This document shows positions 13,661-27,428 of a stretch of 64,000 nt of DNA, piece by piece. Every line of letters starts with the position of its first letter. The stretch's first letter is position 1. The translations under genes and the position numbers were made by a program. The notes under the pieces were generated by a model. The model was not told the DNA's origin, did not search any database, and saw nothing but the letters and a program-made list of their open reading frames with translations. Origin of the DNA: Octopus sinensis (taxonomy: Eukaryota); the NCBI RefSeq assembly GCF_006345805.1, contig NC_043001.1, positions 95,170,001 through 95,234,000 of the forward strand, read 5' to 3'.

Positions 13661-15350
13661 TTTAGGATTTCTGAATATTTATAGGTATAAAAAGGCAAAC
13701 AAATTTATATGTATATATGCACATATATAAGTATATTCATGTAATCACATACATACACAAACAGACATGGTCACATACACACAGATTTCACCAAAGTATA
13801 CAAAGACCATAAGTCTTCAAAGATTTGCTTCTTTCCTCTCTGCTAGTCGGAAAGGTCTCCTTCTAGCTGTACAGCCATAGCAGCCATTTTGATGGAGATA
13901 CTACAGAGAAAGACTATGGCTTATTTGGATTTACTCGTCTACAAAGCTGTCTTGTAAAGGGAATTATTTGGGAAAGTCCAGAGTTAAACGCCAGCGGCCG
14001 AGGTTAACTTGGGTTTTCGTTGGATGCTGACTTATACAACCACTGTGATTACTGTTGCAAGTGTAATCCTAAGGGTTTTGCACAATCTTACGTTTGCTAA
14101 TTCCACCTTCATATTGACCCACCCTAGTACGCCTGTGTTTCAAACCAAGACAAACCTTTCGCTTCTGGCGATAATGATATGGATTGTTGCTTGAAACAAT
14201 TAGTATTCGGTAATTTGAAACAAAAGTTAATGATGCATTAAAACGTTTGAAACACCAGTAAGTACCCGCACAAACAAAACGTTATAATGAGTGGTGTCCA
14301 TTTACTTAAGAGATGTCTGTATATGTGTTGCGTTATGTGTGAGTGTGTGTATATGAGCGTCATTGAGTATGTAAACGTGTTCGTGTCTGCATGAGTGTGT
14401 ATGTGTGTGAGTGTAAAAATAATACAGCAAGGCATTTTCTACAGATAAGGAATCTCGTTGCAATACACTTGCATTAAAGATTTAAGAGAAACAATATTTA
14501 TATTTACAATAAAAATTCTCAGATTATAGCCCCATGAGCCAACAATGAAAACATCGAATATAATAATTTATTTTCGTAGGTACTTTAGAAAATCTGTTTA
14601 TAGATAAAGTTTACATGTCATAATAGTGAATGTGTATATTAAGGAAATATAGTCTATTATCGATTTATTTCGCTTTGCTACTAATATCGGTCACAGGAGA
14701 CAATGTTTATTGAAGAGGAATTGTATAAAGCGGACGTATAGTGTCTCGTTAAAAATGTTGAGACTAGCAGACATTTTTATGTGTTGATAAGAAGATATTA
14801 GATTAAATAGAATTGAAGTTATTAATGGTATTTAACTATTATTGATGTCTAAATTTATCCTAAATATTTATTTTTATCGTGACCTATATTTCATATAGCG
14901 ATTTGAAACTTATACAAATTCATTCTCCTTTGTATACTCAAAATAAATATGATACAAAGACCTGTGTGTTAAAGCATCTCGTAATATCATTGCATTTATT
15001 AAGAAAAAGTTGTCTGTTGCACCTAACTTCATCAGAATTTGCAAAATATCTAATTGGATTTAACCAGAATCCGATTCTGTTTCCAATGGAAACCTGATAT
15101 ATATATATATCCCATTCTTATTTGAACACACACAAATAGACACAGAAAAAAATGCACATGCAAATTAAAAATGGAATAATGTTTTTGTGAATACAGATTA
15201 GATCGCAAAATGATGATGAATATAAACTTCATAAGCCTGAACTTTCAATTTCCAGATTTACTGCAGTGCACAAGTACGCTTCGCATGATAGAGGGTCATG
15301 ATATATGTACCTAAGTACAAATATGCATATATATATATGTGTGTGTGTGT

Positions 15351-15417
<67 letters not shown>

Positions 15418-15569
15418 ATGTGTATACCAACTACGGACTCAATTACAATGATTAAGACCTGTGGTCGATCCATTTGCGGAACGTGTGAAAACCTCAGTGA
15501 GAACACAATGCACTAATTTATATCGTGACAGGTTTTTACTTTGAAAAACAATTTGTTTCTTCTTCAAGA

Positions 15570-16500
15570 TCTTTGATTTATGCCATGAAATTTTATGGGT
15601 ACAGGGAAACTTATATTGGATAAACTAATCATCAACTCGTATTGAATACCAAAACAAAAGATATATTCCGCTCAGTCCATGACTTGTTTTTATTTTAGGG
15701 GCACCACAATGGGCAGCAGTATTTATGGTGGGGCCTAGCGTATATGGAGAAGAGAAGGATGATGGGTACATGATACCGAGATTGAAAAGCTCTGAGGATT
15801 CCTGAGCAGGCAACATCGACATGTTTATTGATATGCAGAATCCAGCTAAGGTTGCTGTCGGTATTTACACCTAAGTCACTGATATTAACCGACGGTTCAA
15901 GTGGGTATATGATTGTTTGAGTGTGCCCTCTTTTCCAAATTGTATGAGCTCAAATTGTTGTTTCGTTCCACTGCATATCGTTGTATTGTGTCCACATAAG
16001 TTCGATTGAAGCATCTTTCGATCATATGATTCCTTAATGACTTTCTGTGGCTTTAATGGTGCTAGGATCAATGGAATCTGCAATGTCATTAATATAGTCA
16101 ATAGAAAGAAGCGGACCCAACATAGTACCTTGCAGGACTTTGCTCATAACCGTTGCTGGATGCCATCAATCACAACATACCTCGGTCCTGTTTTTTAAGG
16201 AATACTTAATCAACTGAAGCAGTTTTACACCAACTCCAGCGTGGGATAGTTTCTTTAACTGTATATTGTGGTCGATTTTGTCAAAGGCTTTGCTGAAATC
16301 AAAGTATATGTGTTCGGCATTGGAGCCCTCACTTAGTGAATTTAAGGTATCATCGAAGTGATGGAGAAGCTGTGTTAGACAGTCCCTCCCACCACAGAAG
16401 CCATGCTGGTTGATATCTAGGAGATGATATTCCTCTAGGAACGCTGTTATTCTTATTCCCATCAATATATTTCCATAACGTTTCCATGTCAACTATTTCT
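15570..16500 (-). mobile_element. CR1/Jockey-group LINE RT fragment (pseudogenised)
   Basis: NQHGFCGGRDCLTQLLHHFDD...YFDFSKAFDKIDH, then frameshifted QGTMLGPLL...YINDI and DLGVNTDSNLSW. Confidence 0.85.
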
Positions 16501-19244
16501 AAGCTATTCATATTTTTCGAGAAAAAATAGCATATTCTTCTGGAGATACTTTGGAAACGGTATTTAATAGATGTATTGATAAGTTATAAAATGAGAAAAT
16601 TATATTGCTTTAATCCCAGTTAATATATATTTTAATTCCATGGTCATATCATTTATAATCTAAAGACTGGTTACTAGAAATCAATTCGATAAAGAGAAAA
16701 ATATTAGACAACACTAATGAGTACCTACTATCCAGTATTCTGTATCTTACAATGTAGAACACTTATTTAGATAATATCGTAATAATAATAATGATATTAC
16801 CACATGTTGTAATTAAAAAAAAAATATTTCCAATTAGGAATCATGAAGACAGCTCTGAATTTAATGTTATCTGATTAACTGTAACTTCGATCAATATTAT
16901 GAAAATGAATTCAAAGTATTATTACACTTTCGCTCTACGGAATATTTAGTACATTTCCCTCAACTTTAATTAGACTAGATTTTTGAATTTCTGAAGATAA
17001 AGTTTAAACAGTAGATTATCTGTTGAAAAGAAAAAAAAATTATTGTTTATTGAAATATTATTTATTTTGTTGTAAGATAGACACTGGCATATAATTATTT
17101 CAAAATAACCAAATGAGCGATAAGAAATAACAGTAATATGGAAGAAACATTGCTATAGAAGAGAATGATGAAACCTAATGATCTCTTTTCTCTATGCAGA
17201 ACAAATATGTCTACGTTTGTTTTTGCATAACCAATATATAGAATTGTTTTATAAGTATCGCGTGTTTTTCACACATTAAGTAAAGAACTAAAACTGATCA
17301 GAAAGGAATGATATATAACATTGTAGTTCTCGCATTACATGCACACGAAAAAACAGTCTACTGCATTAACATCAATACTTGATAATATATTGTGTTATAT
17401 TCGCAACTAGACTGCTACTGTATTTTACCTGACATTGATGAATGCAATTGAAGTCTAATTTCAGTGCAATGTATATTTTGTAAATACATCAAATTTTTTG
17501 CGCAGTATCAAAAATAGGCGGTTATATATTTGACTACATCATCTATACTACGTAATTAAAATTTACAAGCATATTATAAAATATATGTTATTTACAATAT
17601 TTTGAAAGAGGTGCATCTTCACTAATGAGGAAAGGAAGAATTAATATTGTACTCATACAGTTACCTTCATCCCATTCTATATGGTCGAAATATTAATGAC
17701 AGCAAGGAATGTAACAGAACTAAAATATAGAGGCACATCATGCAAATCAATTGGTATTCGTTTGTGTCTTGACTTACAAGAACTAAAATACTATTAACTT
17801 TGAATAGTTATATTTTTAGATTCATGTAGATTAAGAACGGTGTTTTTTAGTTTCGTCATATTAAATATTACTTGTATAATGCGTTGTCATAAAACTTGAT
17901 CAAGTGGTACTATCTATGTCTTTGCATTTTTAGCAAAGTTTTACTGTCTGTATTAATGTATTCACTGATGATTTGAAAATAGTTTAAATAACAAATTGAA
18001 AATGTTTAATTTACCAAAAGAGAGAAATCTCATCAACAATCGCTTCTTATGTCACCTGTTGCAATAAATACGAGGAAATATAAAAGAAAGTCTTAGGTTT
18101 CAAATTATAAATCGTAACATACATTTAACTATATGCCAATATATTTTCAAACATATAAATATAAGTAGATTGCACACATTTTCAAAATATCATTAGGTGG
18201 ATGTGTATTGAATGATTAATTCGTCCATACTTGCATTTCATATCCATGATTGAAACCAATTACCCTTCTACTCATCACGTTTGACTGATGTCAAAGACTT
18301 GCAATACCTGTAAAGCGATGGAGCAACATGTACAAAAAAACACGGAAAAGAAAAAAAGAAATATAATCTGAAAATTTGCATGTATACTAGCAAGCAAAAT
18401 AGAATTATTATGCATTCTTTTCATGTCCTTGGATCAAAATTTTCTGGATAAATCTCTAGAAAAGCTGTACAAATGAAATTTATAGTGTTCAATTTATAGC
18501 CTGAGTCTTCTCCAAATATACTGGTTGTGACTTTTCAGCTTTTGTTATTATTATATAGGCCACCGTAGAACTCATAAAACACAGAAGGCTGCATGTTACT
18601 TCTGTTGTTAATGTTCTCTGTTGTCTTTGCATATCCCACAGGAGTTTCCTCCGTTAGCTGGGTGTTAATATTATAGACATATATCTAAATATTTAAATAT
18701 TAATATGCAAATGGAGCATATAACATTAATTAGTGTATAATTTAAAAAATAAACGGTAATGTATGGGGAATAATGTGTATTTATAATGTGTATCGATATA
18801 ATATAATGCAAAACATAACTTGAAATGCCAAATGGTTCATGTTCGTGTAAAAACCGAAAGACGATGTATTTTCTGTTCAAAAGAATGTGGAAACAGAAAA
18901 CAAATATATTTGCTACCACCTAACAAGATGAGGTATATTTTTGCTCGGCGGATATCGTATACTTCATATTATAATATTGATTAAATTAGATTCTAATATT
19001 TCCTCGTCTATTTTCTTACTTATCTGTATCCAACGCTATCTCTTAAACCACTTATATTTCAGAGTTTTTTTTCACATATCTTAATGCAATTATTTTAATG
19101 TCAGAGTAGTAAAATTGTTTTTATCAATGTACGAATTTAAATTTGTTTCATATCACATCAACTCTACACTGCATGAATAGAGCATTAATTTACATTAAAA
19201 CAATGTTCGGCTTTATAATTATTCATATCTAAGCAAAGCTATAC

Positions 19245-19320
<76 letters not shown>

Positions 19321-21664
19321 ATATATATATATATTATATATATATATATATATGTACATATATATATATATATACATATACATATACAGATAGATATAAT
19401 GGACATCGATTTGTATATTTCCGTTATTAGAGAAGGGTATTCGACATATATTTACATGATATTTTTATTGATTAAATTACTTCAATTTGATAACAGCATT
19501 TGCTTTCTGTAGTGTCACCAGATGTGTATCGTTCACAGTAATCCGATGATCATATATTAAAATGTAACTAAATACTTGCACATTGATTTTAACAGAAAAA
19601 TTGGTATATGCCGTTCAAAAGTGAAGCTGAAAATAGTGGGACGTTTGAGCAGTTTCATATAATAGCTATCAATACAAAATTATTACGATTAACGTTTGTG
19701 CAACAAGTGGACACACCACGAGCTGATCTGAAATCTATAAATATTCGTAGCATAAAATAATTGCTGTTGCTAATGACAGGCGTTCTAATAGATATAACGC
19801 CGCACACATCACCATATGTACTTTCAAATACACACACAATTAGCAAAAGTTAGACAAACAATTTCATATGTTCATAGATTAAAGAAGAAAAAATGTTTAC
19901 TACGCTGCTCTAAATCTGAGCGTATCAGTAGATGTTATTACAAGAAAATAATTGAAAAATCGTTCAGCTACTTTGCAGGGATGTTTAACATTTGATTTTC
20001 ACATTATCAAGCGCTTTGCTATTAATCCTCATTGACTCATAAATCAATGTCGATAGATTGCTCTCCATTATCAAATATTACTCTATAAATAACGGGTAAC
20101 TAATGAAATTAGAATGAAACAAAAGCAGATTATATTAGATAGATTCAACGTTTTGTTTATGTTATGAGGCATAATCATTTCGAACTAACATAATCCAAGT
20201 TCTACATCCAACTACACATTCCAAATATCCTACTGCATGTTGCTTTCCACTTGAGCTATATCTTTCCATCCAATAACTTATCACTTGTCAATTAAGTACG
20301 CATGGAAACCATTTTATTATAATTTTAGTATCGTTATATATTGTCCAAATATCATCCGTTAAAAAATTAACGAGAAATGCATGCATCAATTTAAATATAT
20401 AGTTTAGTTTCTGAATGTTCTTCCAAAAAAAAAAGCAGGAAAAATAAAAGAAACGGTGAGGCAAAATACATAATGCAGTAAATATAATAGTCACGCGTTT
20501 AATACAACGAATAAATTTGGATATATTGCAGCTATTGTCATTCTTCAAAATTGAATTATAGGAAACGAATTTATTTCTATATTCCACAGGGAAAATTAAT
20601 CACGGCTTAACAATTAATAAAATATGGACACTGGTGATATTCATCATCTCATTTGTCAAATAAAATATATCTCAAATTAAATTCCTTGTAAACAAGCAGA
20701 ATTAAATAGAAATTATTTTGAAAGCATGAACTGTAATTTAGTTTATCAGATATTACACATTTTGTTTATCTTCTCTAATTATCGAGTTAAAAATTCAGTC
20801 ATGAACGCTAACGGAAAAAAGCAAACATACGTACATATCTTGCATATGTAATTTTAGTACAAACAGAAACACACCCAGACGCATTTATAAATGTATATAG
20901 GTATTTTGTGACAACACATTTATATGTACACACATACGCATACATACACACACTCAAACTATATATATATATATATACATACAACGTTGAGAAACAGTGA
21001 TTTCACATGAAAGAAAAGCAAAAACTAGAACATGATATATTACATCACATATAATCCGGTTACGTACACTGTAAAGGCATTTCCATATAATATGTTGTTC
21101 ATTTTCTAAAATAGGCTATAAAGATTAATATGAGCAAAATGCATTTGAATAAATGAGTCAAAGATTAATTGTAGTTTTAAATCTTTTCCATTCTATAGCT
21201 GTTTCTTTAAACCCTACTTAATATCAGCAATCATACTTTTATAACTCTATAATTGTCATATAATTACAGCAGAAATAAAAATCACGTTACCAAGAATTTT
21301 TAAAACAATGTTCTTAGTGAAATGGATGTTATGTGGAAAATGAATAAGTGAAAACTAATACGATAGAAAATAGAGCAATCAGTATGTTTAGAAATCTAAT
21401 TTTTTCTGTCACATGTTCACATTTTTTTCTTCTTGTCTAAATGTGGAGTTCAGGGATTTATACATTATATCCTAGTTTACATTTTTGAAAATATCATAGC
21501 TACAATCTTCATAATTATATTATTGTTTTATATTTATAGAAAAAAATGACTATTATTAATGAAGCAGCTATAGGGAAAGACTATTTGTAAAATATTCATA
21601 CACACATAGGTAAGACCAGCTACTTATTTACAGACATACAATGAGACATATATATATATATATA

Positions 21665-21885
21665 AAATAAATGCGCCTTATTAAAGCCTAGCCAGGTTCT
21701 TGGACCCGGTTTCCCGGTTTCCATGGCGTATGTATTTCCAAGCTGGATTGGACGTCAGTCCATCGCAGCGTTACTTATTTTTGCCAGCTGTGTGGACTGG
21801 AGCAACGTGAAATGAAGTGTTTTGCTCAAGAACACAACCCGTCGCCCGGTCCAGGAATCGAAACCACAATTTTATTCGTTTCAGC
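21665..21885 (-). mobile_element. tRNA-type SINE
   Basis: Minus strand reads ggtttcgattcctggaccggg...ttgagcaaaacacttcatttcacgttgctccagtccacacagctggcaaaaat. The central module is shared with 101-420. Confidence 0.6.
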
Positions 21886-22371
21886 CCTGAGGTCGCCGTC
21901 ATGATGGAGCACACACACACACATATGATGTTTGATTATGTTTACAGACATTCCGACGTGCACACATCTAACGCTGTTGATACAGCTTTAATCCATGACT
22001 AAGTAGCGGCTATATTTGCATACGGGTGCCGGGCCGAAGGATGGTGATATGTGCCCTATCGGCCGATCTAGCATAATCCAGGGCTTTTCACGGTTGCAAC
22101 TAAATGGTTGGCGATAATGTTACTGTGAGACTGACAAGTTCGGCCATTGCTGCAGCTCCTACTCTCCACACGGGTGTAGATTCATGTGGTTGTGTCACGC
22201 TCTTCAAATTTGGTAACATTAGATAATTTTCTGCACGATTACAAGAGTCGACTAGCCTTTGCGCAACGGGTCTCCTGGCGCTGACTGGGTAAGTGTGTCG
22301 ATCGTGGTTTAACGGAGAATCAGGGTGTGATGCCGGACAGGGTGCATATTTTCATTATATATGTATATATA

Positions 22372-22890
22372 GGCGCAGGCGTGGCTTAGAGTTGTCGGTG
22401 TGGCTGTGTGGAAGAAAACCTGTATTTGAACCACGCGGCTCCCAGTTCGGTCCCACTGTATGACACCTTCGGCAAGCATCTTCTTGAACAGCCTCAGCAA
22501 GGGCCGACAAAGAGCATCGTGAGTGTAATTGGCAGACCGAAAGTGGAAGAAGACGGTAGCAGACACACACTCACATATCTATCCATCTATTCATCAATCT
22601 GTCTCTTTATCTATCCACCTATCTATCGATATATTTGTACGTATGTGTGTATGTGCATGTGTGTGCATGTTTGCGTCTGCGTGTACCTGCGTGTATATGT
22701 GTGTGAGTGTTTGTGTGTGTATATTTGTCCCGCCACGATCAGTCTCTCTGCGGTTCGGCAAAAGAGATCGATTGGATAAGGCTTTAAAGGAGAAAATCCT
22801 GGGGTCGATTGTTTCGAATAACACCCTTTCAAGCATTGCTACAAAATATTGTGCTGTCAAACAACTGAAAAATTAAAAGAATAAAAGATT
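22372..22890 (+). mobile_element. SINE (window family B) with internal microsatellite
   Basis: Head ggcgcagg...gtggctgtgtgg matches 53703-53860. It has an internal (TATC)/(GT) tract and a 3' module gcggttcggcaaaagaga...cctggggtcgat. Confidence 0.65.
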
Positions 22891-22909
22891 ATCTGATAAT
22901 ATATGTATC

Positions 22910-22967
<58 letters not shown>

Positions 22968-22999
22968 ATAAGAGTAGTTCGTATACGAGTGGGTATATA

Positions 23000-24528
23000 T
23001 TTGCCATTTTTACACATCCTCATTAAGAAAGCCCGCAACAAAATACAGACAGATATCTATTATAAACCGACAGACTCCAAGCAGTACCTACCCTTTGATT
23101 CATGCCACCCAAGACGCACTAGAATAAATGTCCCTTTTTGTGTAGCTAGAAAGATTTGCACCGTAATATCAGACACAAACACCCGACACACACGTCTCCA
23201 GGAACTTAGAACTACACTCATAAATAGAAATTATCCACAGCCCCTCATAGACAGTGCAATCCAACGAGCACTTAAATTAAGTATAGAAGACCTGAGACAA
23301 TCAAAACCAAAAGGAAAGAAAAATTAAAAACCCTTCCCTACATCTCTACATACAACCCACTTAACAATGAGGCCTTCAGCACCATACTACAAACCACAGC
23401 CCTACTAAATGGAGACCCAAAGATGAACCGGATCCTCGAAATACACACCATCATTAAAAGAAACCGGCAACCAAAATCCTTGAAAAGGATTTTAACCCAA
23501 GCTAAACTACACTCAACATCAACCATAAAACAAGCAGTTAGAAAATGTGGAAACCCAACTTCGGAATCTGTGTCATCTTGGTAGAAGGTTCAGAATTCAC
23601 ATTAGAACAAGGCCATCAGTTTACCATCAGAACAAACTTCACGTCTTAACATGCGCAGGTTGCAATAAGCAGTATATAGGCCATACAAAAAACAGCTTAT
23701 GTAAAAGGATGGCGGTGCATAAATCCCAAATTAGAAACCCTGAATACCGGAAAATACCAGTCAGCGGACACATAGACAGATGTGCTTCAGATAAAAATCC
23801 GAAATTTACAACTTGCCCACTTTACAAATTCAGTGACAGCGTAACCTTCACTCAATGCCAAAATAAAGAACTTTATTTCTTTAAAAAATTTAGACTAAGT
23901 TTGAACACACTGGGCCAGGAATATTAAAACAAAACATCGGTCTTCGGAAATGAAATTCTACCACAACCACCACGATCACTACGACAGCTTCCACTATCAC
24001 TGCTACTACAACCACCGTGGTCACTAATATTGCTGCTACGATCAACAGTCCTCCACTACTGCTGCTGCTACGGCCACAGCTTAACTGCTACAACCCCAAC
24101 CACCACCACGGTTGCCAAAACTACCAACAGTAACTGCTACTACTGCCATTTAAGCCACTGGTCATACTGCTGCTGCTAGGACTGCCACAACTTAGCCGCT
24201 ACAACCAATAAGCTGCTGCAACCCCAACCACCACCACGGTTACTACTACTGCGACCAACAATCACCATTGCTGCTACCATTTCAGAAACAATAATGAACT
24301 TCGTTACTACACTCAACTTGAAATTTATAGCTATTATACCTACTACCGACAAAACACCACCACATGGATTCTATTGAGACCAGTAAGAAACAATTATGAA
24401 CTTTTCTATTACACTTTACTTTTTATATTATTTTTGATAAGATTCGTTTTTTCAAGAACCGAAACATGTAAAATTCATAAGAAAATTAAAATTTATCTAA
24501 TATAGTGGCGTTTTCAAACTTCTTTGTT

Positions 24529-24530
<2 letters not shown>
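23000..24530 (+). mobile_element. 5'-truncated Penelope-like element (Neptune-type), RT thumb + Cys linker + GIY-YIG endonuclease, frameshifted
   Basis: LPFLHILI...TDIYYKPTDSKQYLPFDSCHP (RT C-terminus), RQPKSLKRILTQAKL, KCGNP/xGIC linker, LTCAGCNKQYIGHT...RMAVH...SGHID...KELYFFKKF (GIY-YIG). The first strand of the GIY motif appears deleted. Flanked by (TA)n on both sides. Confidence 0.9.
24430..24474 (+). other. Degenerate minimal hammerhead-ribozyme-like motif in the PLE 3' region
   Basis: attt-TTGATAA-gattc(gttttttcaa)gaacc-GAAA-CATG-TA-aaat fits a type I minimal hammerhead with a palindromic CATG loop. The core has two substitutions versus CUGAUGA and stem II has one mismatch. Confidence 0.4.
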
Positions 24531-24616
<86 letters not shown>

Positions 24617-25629
24617 TCGATACATACATATACATATATTGTGTGAGTGTGTGTAAATTATATTATATTTTTATCACATTCTTTTCTCATTCTTGCATGT
24701 AATACACAGGAGAATGTAAGTGATTGCTATTTAACTTCTTGAGCAACATTTTGTATAACCATATCAAGGAGAAAGTCATTTAGCACAAAGGGTAATAATT
24801 GAAAGAGATACTTTAAAATTTATAAGAATTTGTATTTAGCATGTTTTCATTTATCTACATGTTCTTTAATAAGCATGAAAACAGTCTATTAGAATATCAT
24901 TTGAGGAAATATGTTGAAAAACATGATCGGCGACATTTCCTTACAATAAATACATTACAATAGAGTGGAAGATAGGAATTCTATGATAAATATACAAAAT
25001 CAAATGAACAGGCCATCAATTATCAGCGGAGCTGTACAGGATGTCAGGAAATGTGAGAGCTTGAGATTATTAACGATTAGTTTTGTTTCTGACTTGGCCT
25101 TCTTACGATAATAATGGGGACAAAACAACAATAAACAACTAAAGTATTTGTCATATTGTCAGTATTTGAATAAATGAAAAAAAGGAAAAACTAGATTGAA
25201 AACGAAAGATGAAAAATAGCTATTGATTTTAATTTTCAGTAAAACATAATCGATTTTTATTTGATAATAAAAATTTTGAGGGTGATCTGTAAATTTATAA
25301 ATAGCTGCAAGTTAATATTCTGAAAGACAGTGAAGTATGGTAAAATGAGGTGATGAAATTCATATGCGCATTGTTTAAGACAAATGAAAATATTTCAAAG
25401 AAAAATGATTCAATAAGCACTAACACAATTTAGTAATATCGATAGAAACTGTGAGATATGATACTGATATCAAATACTAATTCATAACAATGAAGGTATA
25501 TCAGTATTAAGGGATTTAGGAGTTGTGGCACAAATATGATATGATCCATAAAACATTGTCTTCGCTCATCATGCGCACAAACACACATGCATATATACTT
25601 TTATACGCACATTCACACACACAACCATG

Positions 25630-25667
<38 letters not shown>

Positions 25668-25672
25668 GCATG

Positions 25673-25748
<76 letters not shown>

Positions 25749-25799
25749 CTAGCTGAAGGTGACCCGCTCTACGCGCGGGTAAGAGTGTGGTTGTTACTT

Positions 25800-26130
25800 T
25801 CTGTTGCTTCCTTTCAGCACGTAAAAAGCACCATACGAACGTGGCCGATTGCAGCGCCGCCTTGACTGGCTTCTGTGCTGGTGGCACGTAAAAAGCACCA
25901 ACCGATCGTGGCCGCTGCCAGCCCCCCTGGCACCTGTGCAGGCGGCACGAAAAAAGCACCCACTACGCTCACAGAGTGGTTGGCGTTAGGAAGGGCATCC
26001 ACCTGTCGAAACACTGGCAGATCAGACTGGAGCCTGGTGCAGCCTCCTGGCTTCCCAGACCCCTGTCAAACTGTGCAACCCGTGCTAGCACGGAAAACGG
26101 GCGTTAAACGATGATGATGATGATGATGAT
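25800..26130 (+). mobile_element. SINE-like retroposon with (GAT)n tail, inside the Helitron
   Basis: Three copies of (g/a)gcacg(t/a)aaaaagcacc (25816, 25883, 25944), then ggaagggcatcc...ggagcctggtgcagcc...gttaaacgatgatgatgat tail. Confidence 0.6.
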
Positions 26131-26818
26131 TCTCCCTCTTTGTTTCTTTCTCCTTTCTCTCTCACTTTCCCACTCTCTTACTCTTCCTTTCTCTCGGACT
26201 CTCCCTCGCTTTCTCTTACTCTCTATCTTTATGTATGTCTCTCCCATTTATAAACAACAAAAGATCTTGAGTAAGTTGAGAAATAAAATATTTAGAAAGA
26301 TCAATCATAAATATCAGGCAGTTACAAAGGAAAGGTCTGCTTGAAGACAGACAGCAAAACACTAACATTTAAAAGGGACAGACGAACTTGCGAGCTGAAT
26401 GAAAATAATAAAATATTGGAAACCAAAGTGTGAAGGGATAGAATTTGAGGATAGTAGAGTCACCATGGCTGGCATTTCTTAACGACGGACAGCAACGTAT
26501 TGACAGTTCAACGGCTGGCGTAAAACTTTGAACTTGATGTAAAAGATAATCCCTAAAAACCAAGTTTTGACTTGATTCTTTCTCACGACAGTAGACTCAC
26601 GATGGCAAGCATTCAAAACTTCTTCATCGTGGACGGCAACCCATTGACGATTAAAAGGCTGGCGCAAATTTTTTAGCTTGATGTAACAGAGAATTGCTAA
26701 ACACCAGCTCCTTTAAATTTTAATCCCCTTCCAGCCCCATTTATACCCCTTTTCACCTTTTGGTTAATATAACCCGATTTCATTTGGGTCTACTGGGGCC
26801 ACATTTTATAAGATGAGG

Positions 26819-27016
26819 ACTCAACTAAGTTTCCCAAGTTCTGGTCATAGACCATAGAACACTCAACCAAGTTTCCCGATTTCTGGTCATAGACCATAGA
26901 ACAGTCAAGCAAGTTTCCCGAGTTCTGGTCATAGACCATAGAACACTCAACCAAGTTTCCCGAGTTCTGGTCATAGACCATAGAACACTAAACCAAGTTT
27001 CCCGAGTTCTGGTCAT
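26819..27016. repeat. 42-bp minisatellite, ~4.7 copies
   Basis: Unit caaccaagtttcccgagttctggtcatagaccatagaacact, with only a few substitutions per unit. It explains the 14-aa repeat ORFs at 26790-27070. Confidence 0.95.
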
Positions 27017-27397
27017 TTGCAGAATAAATAGAGACGGCGGAGGTGGCAGACGTCGTTGCAATGTAAACATGATTTGTTATAAGAGAAAGATTGTCCAGAT
27101 TGTGTTTTGGTGGTGTTGGTGGTGGCGATGATAATTATCATTAGGAAAAAGTGTGAGTGAGTGAGGAAGACATACATAAGTTGTGGCGATGATAATTGTA
27201 GACCCCTTTTCACATTTTGATGAAGAGAACCTGATTTCATTCGGGTGTACTGGGGCCACATATAGGTGTGTGTGTGTGTGTGTGTGTGTGTGCACGCTGT
27301 AGAAATTAAATTAGAGATGAAACCACTAATAGGGAAATGAAACAGTAAAAAACCAAAAACAAAAACATAAAAATAAAAATATAATATTAGATATATG

Positions 27398-27428
<31 letters not shown>

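Noticed and set aside
18535-18919. Hydrophobic 82-aa ORF (GPCR-like look) and an adjacent 49-codon frame with a cadherin-like EETPVGY
   Set aside because: The hydrophobicity follows from AT-rich codons. The frames are short, not joinable, and lack conserved family motifs.
26819-27016. CRISPR-like appearance of the hairpin-forming 42-bp repeat
   Set aside because: Units are contiguous with no unique spacers, there are no cas genes, and the context is eukaryotic. It is a minisatellite.
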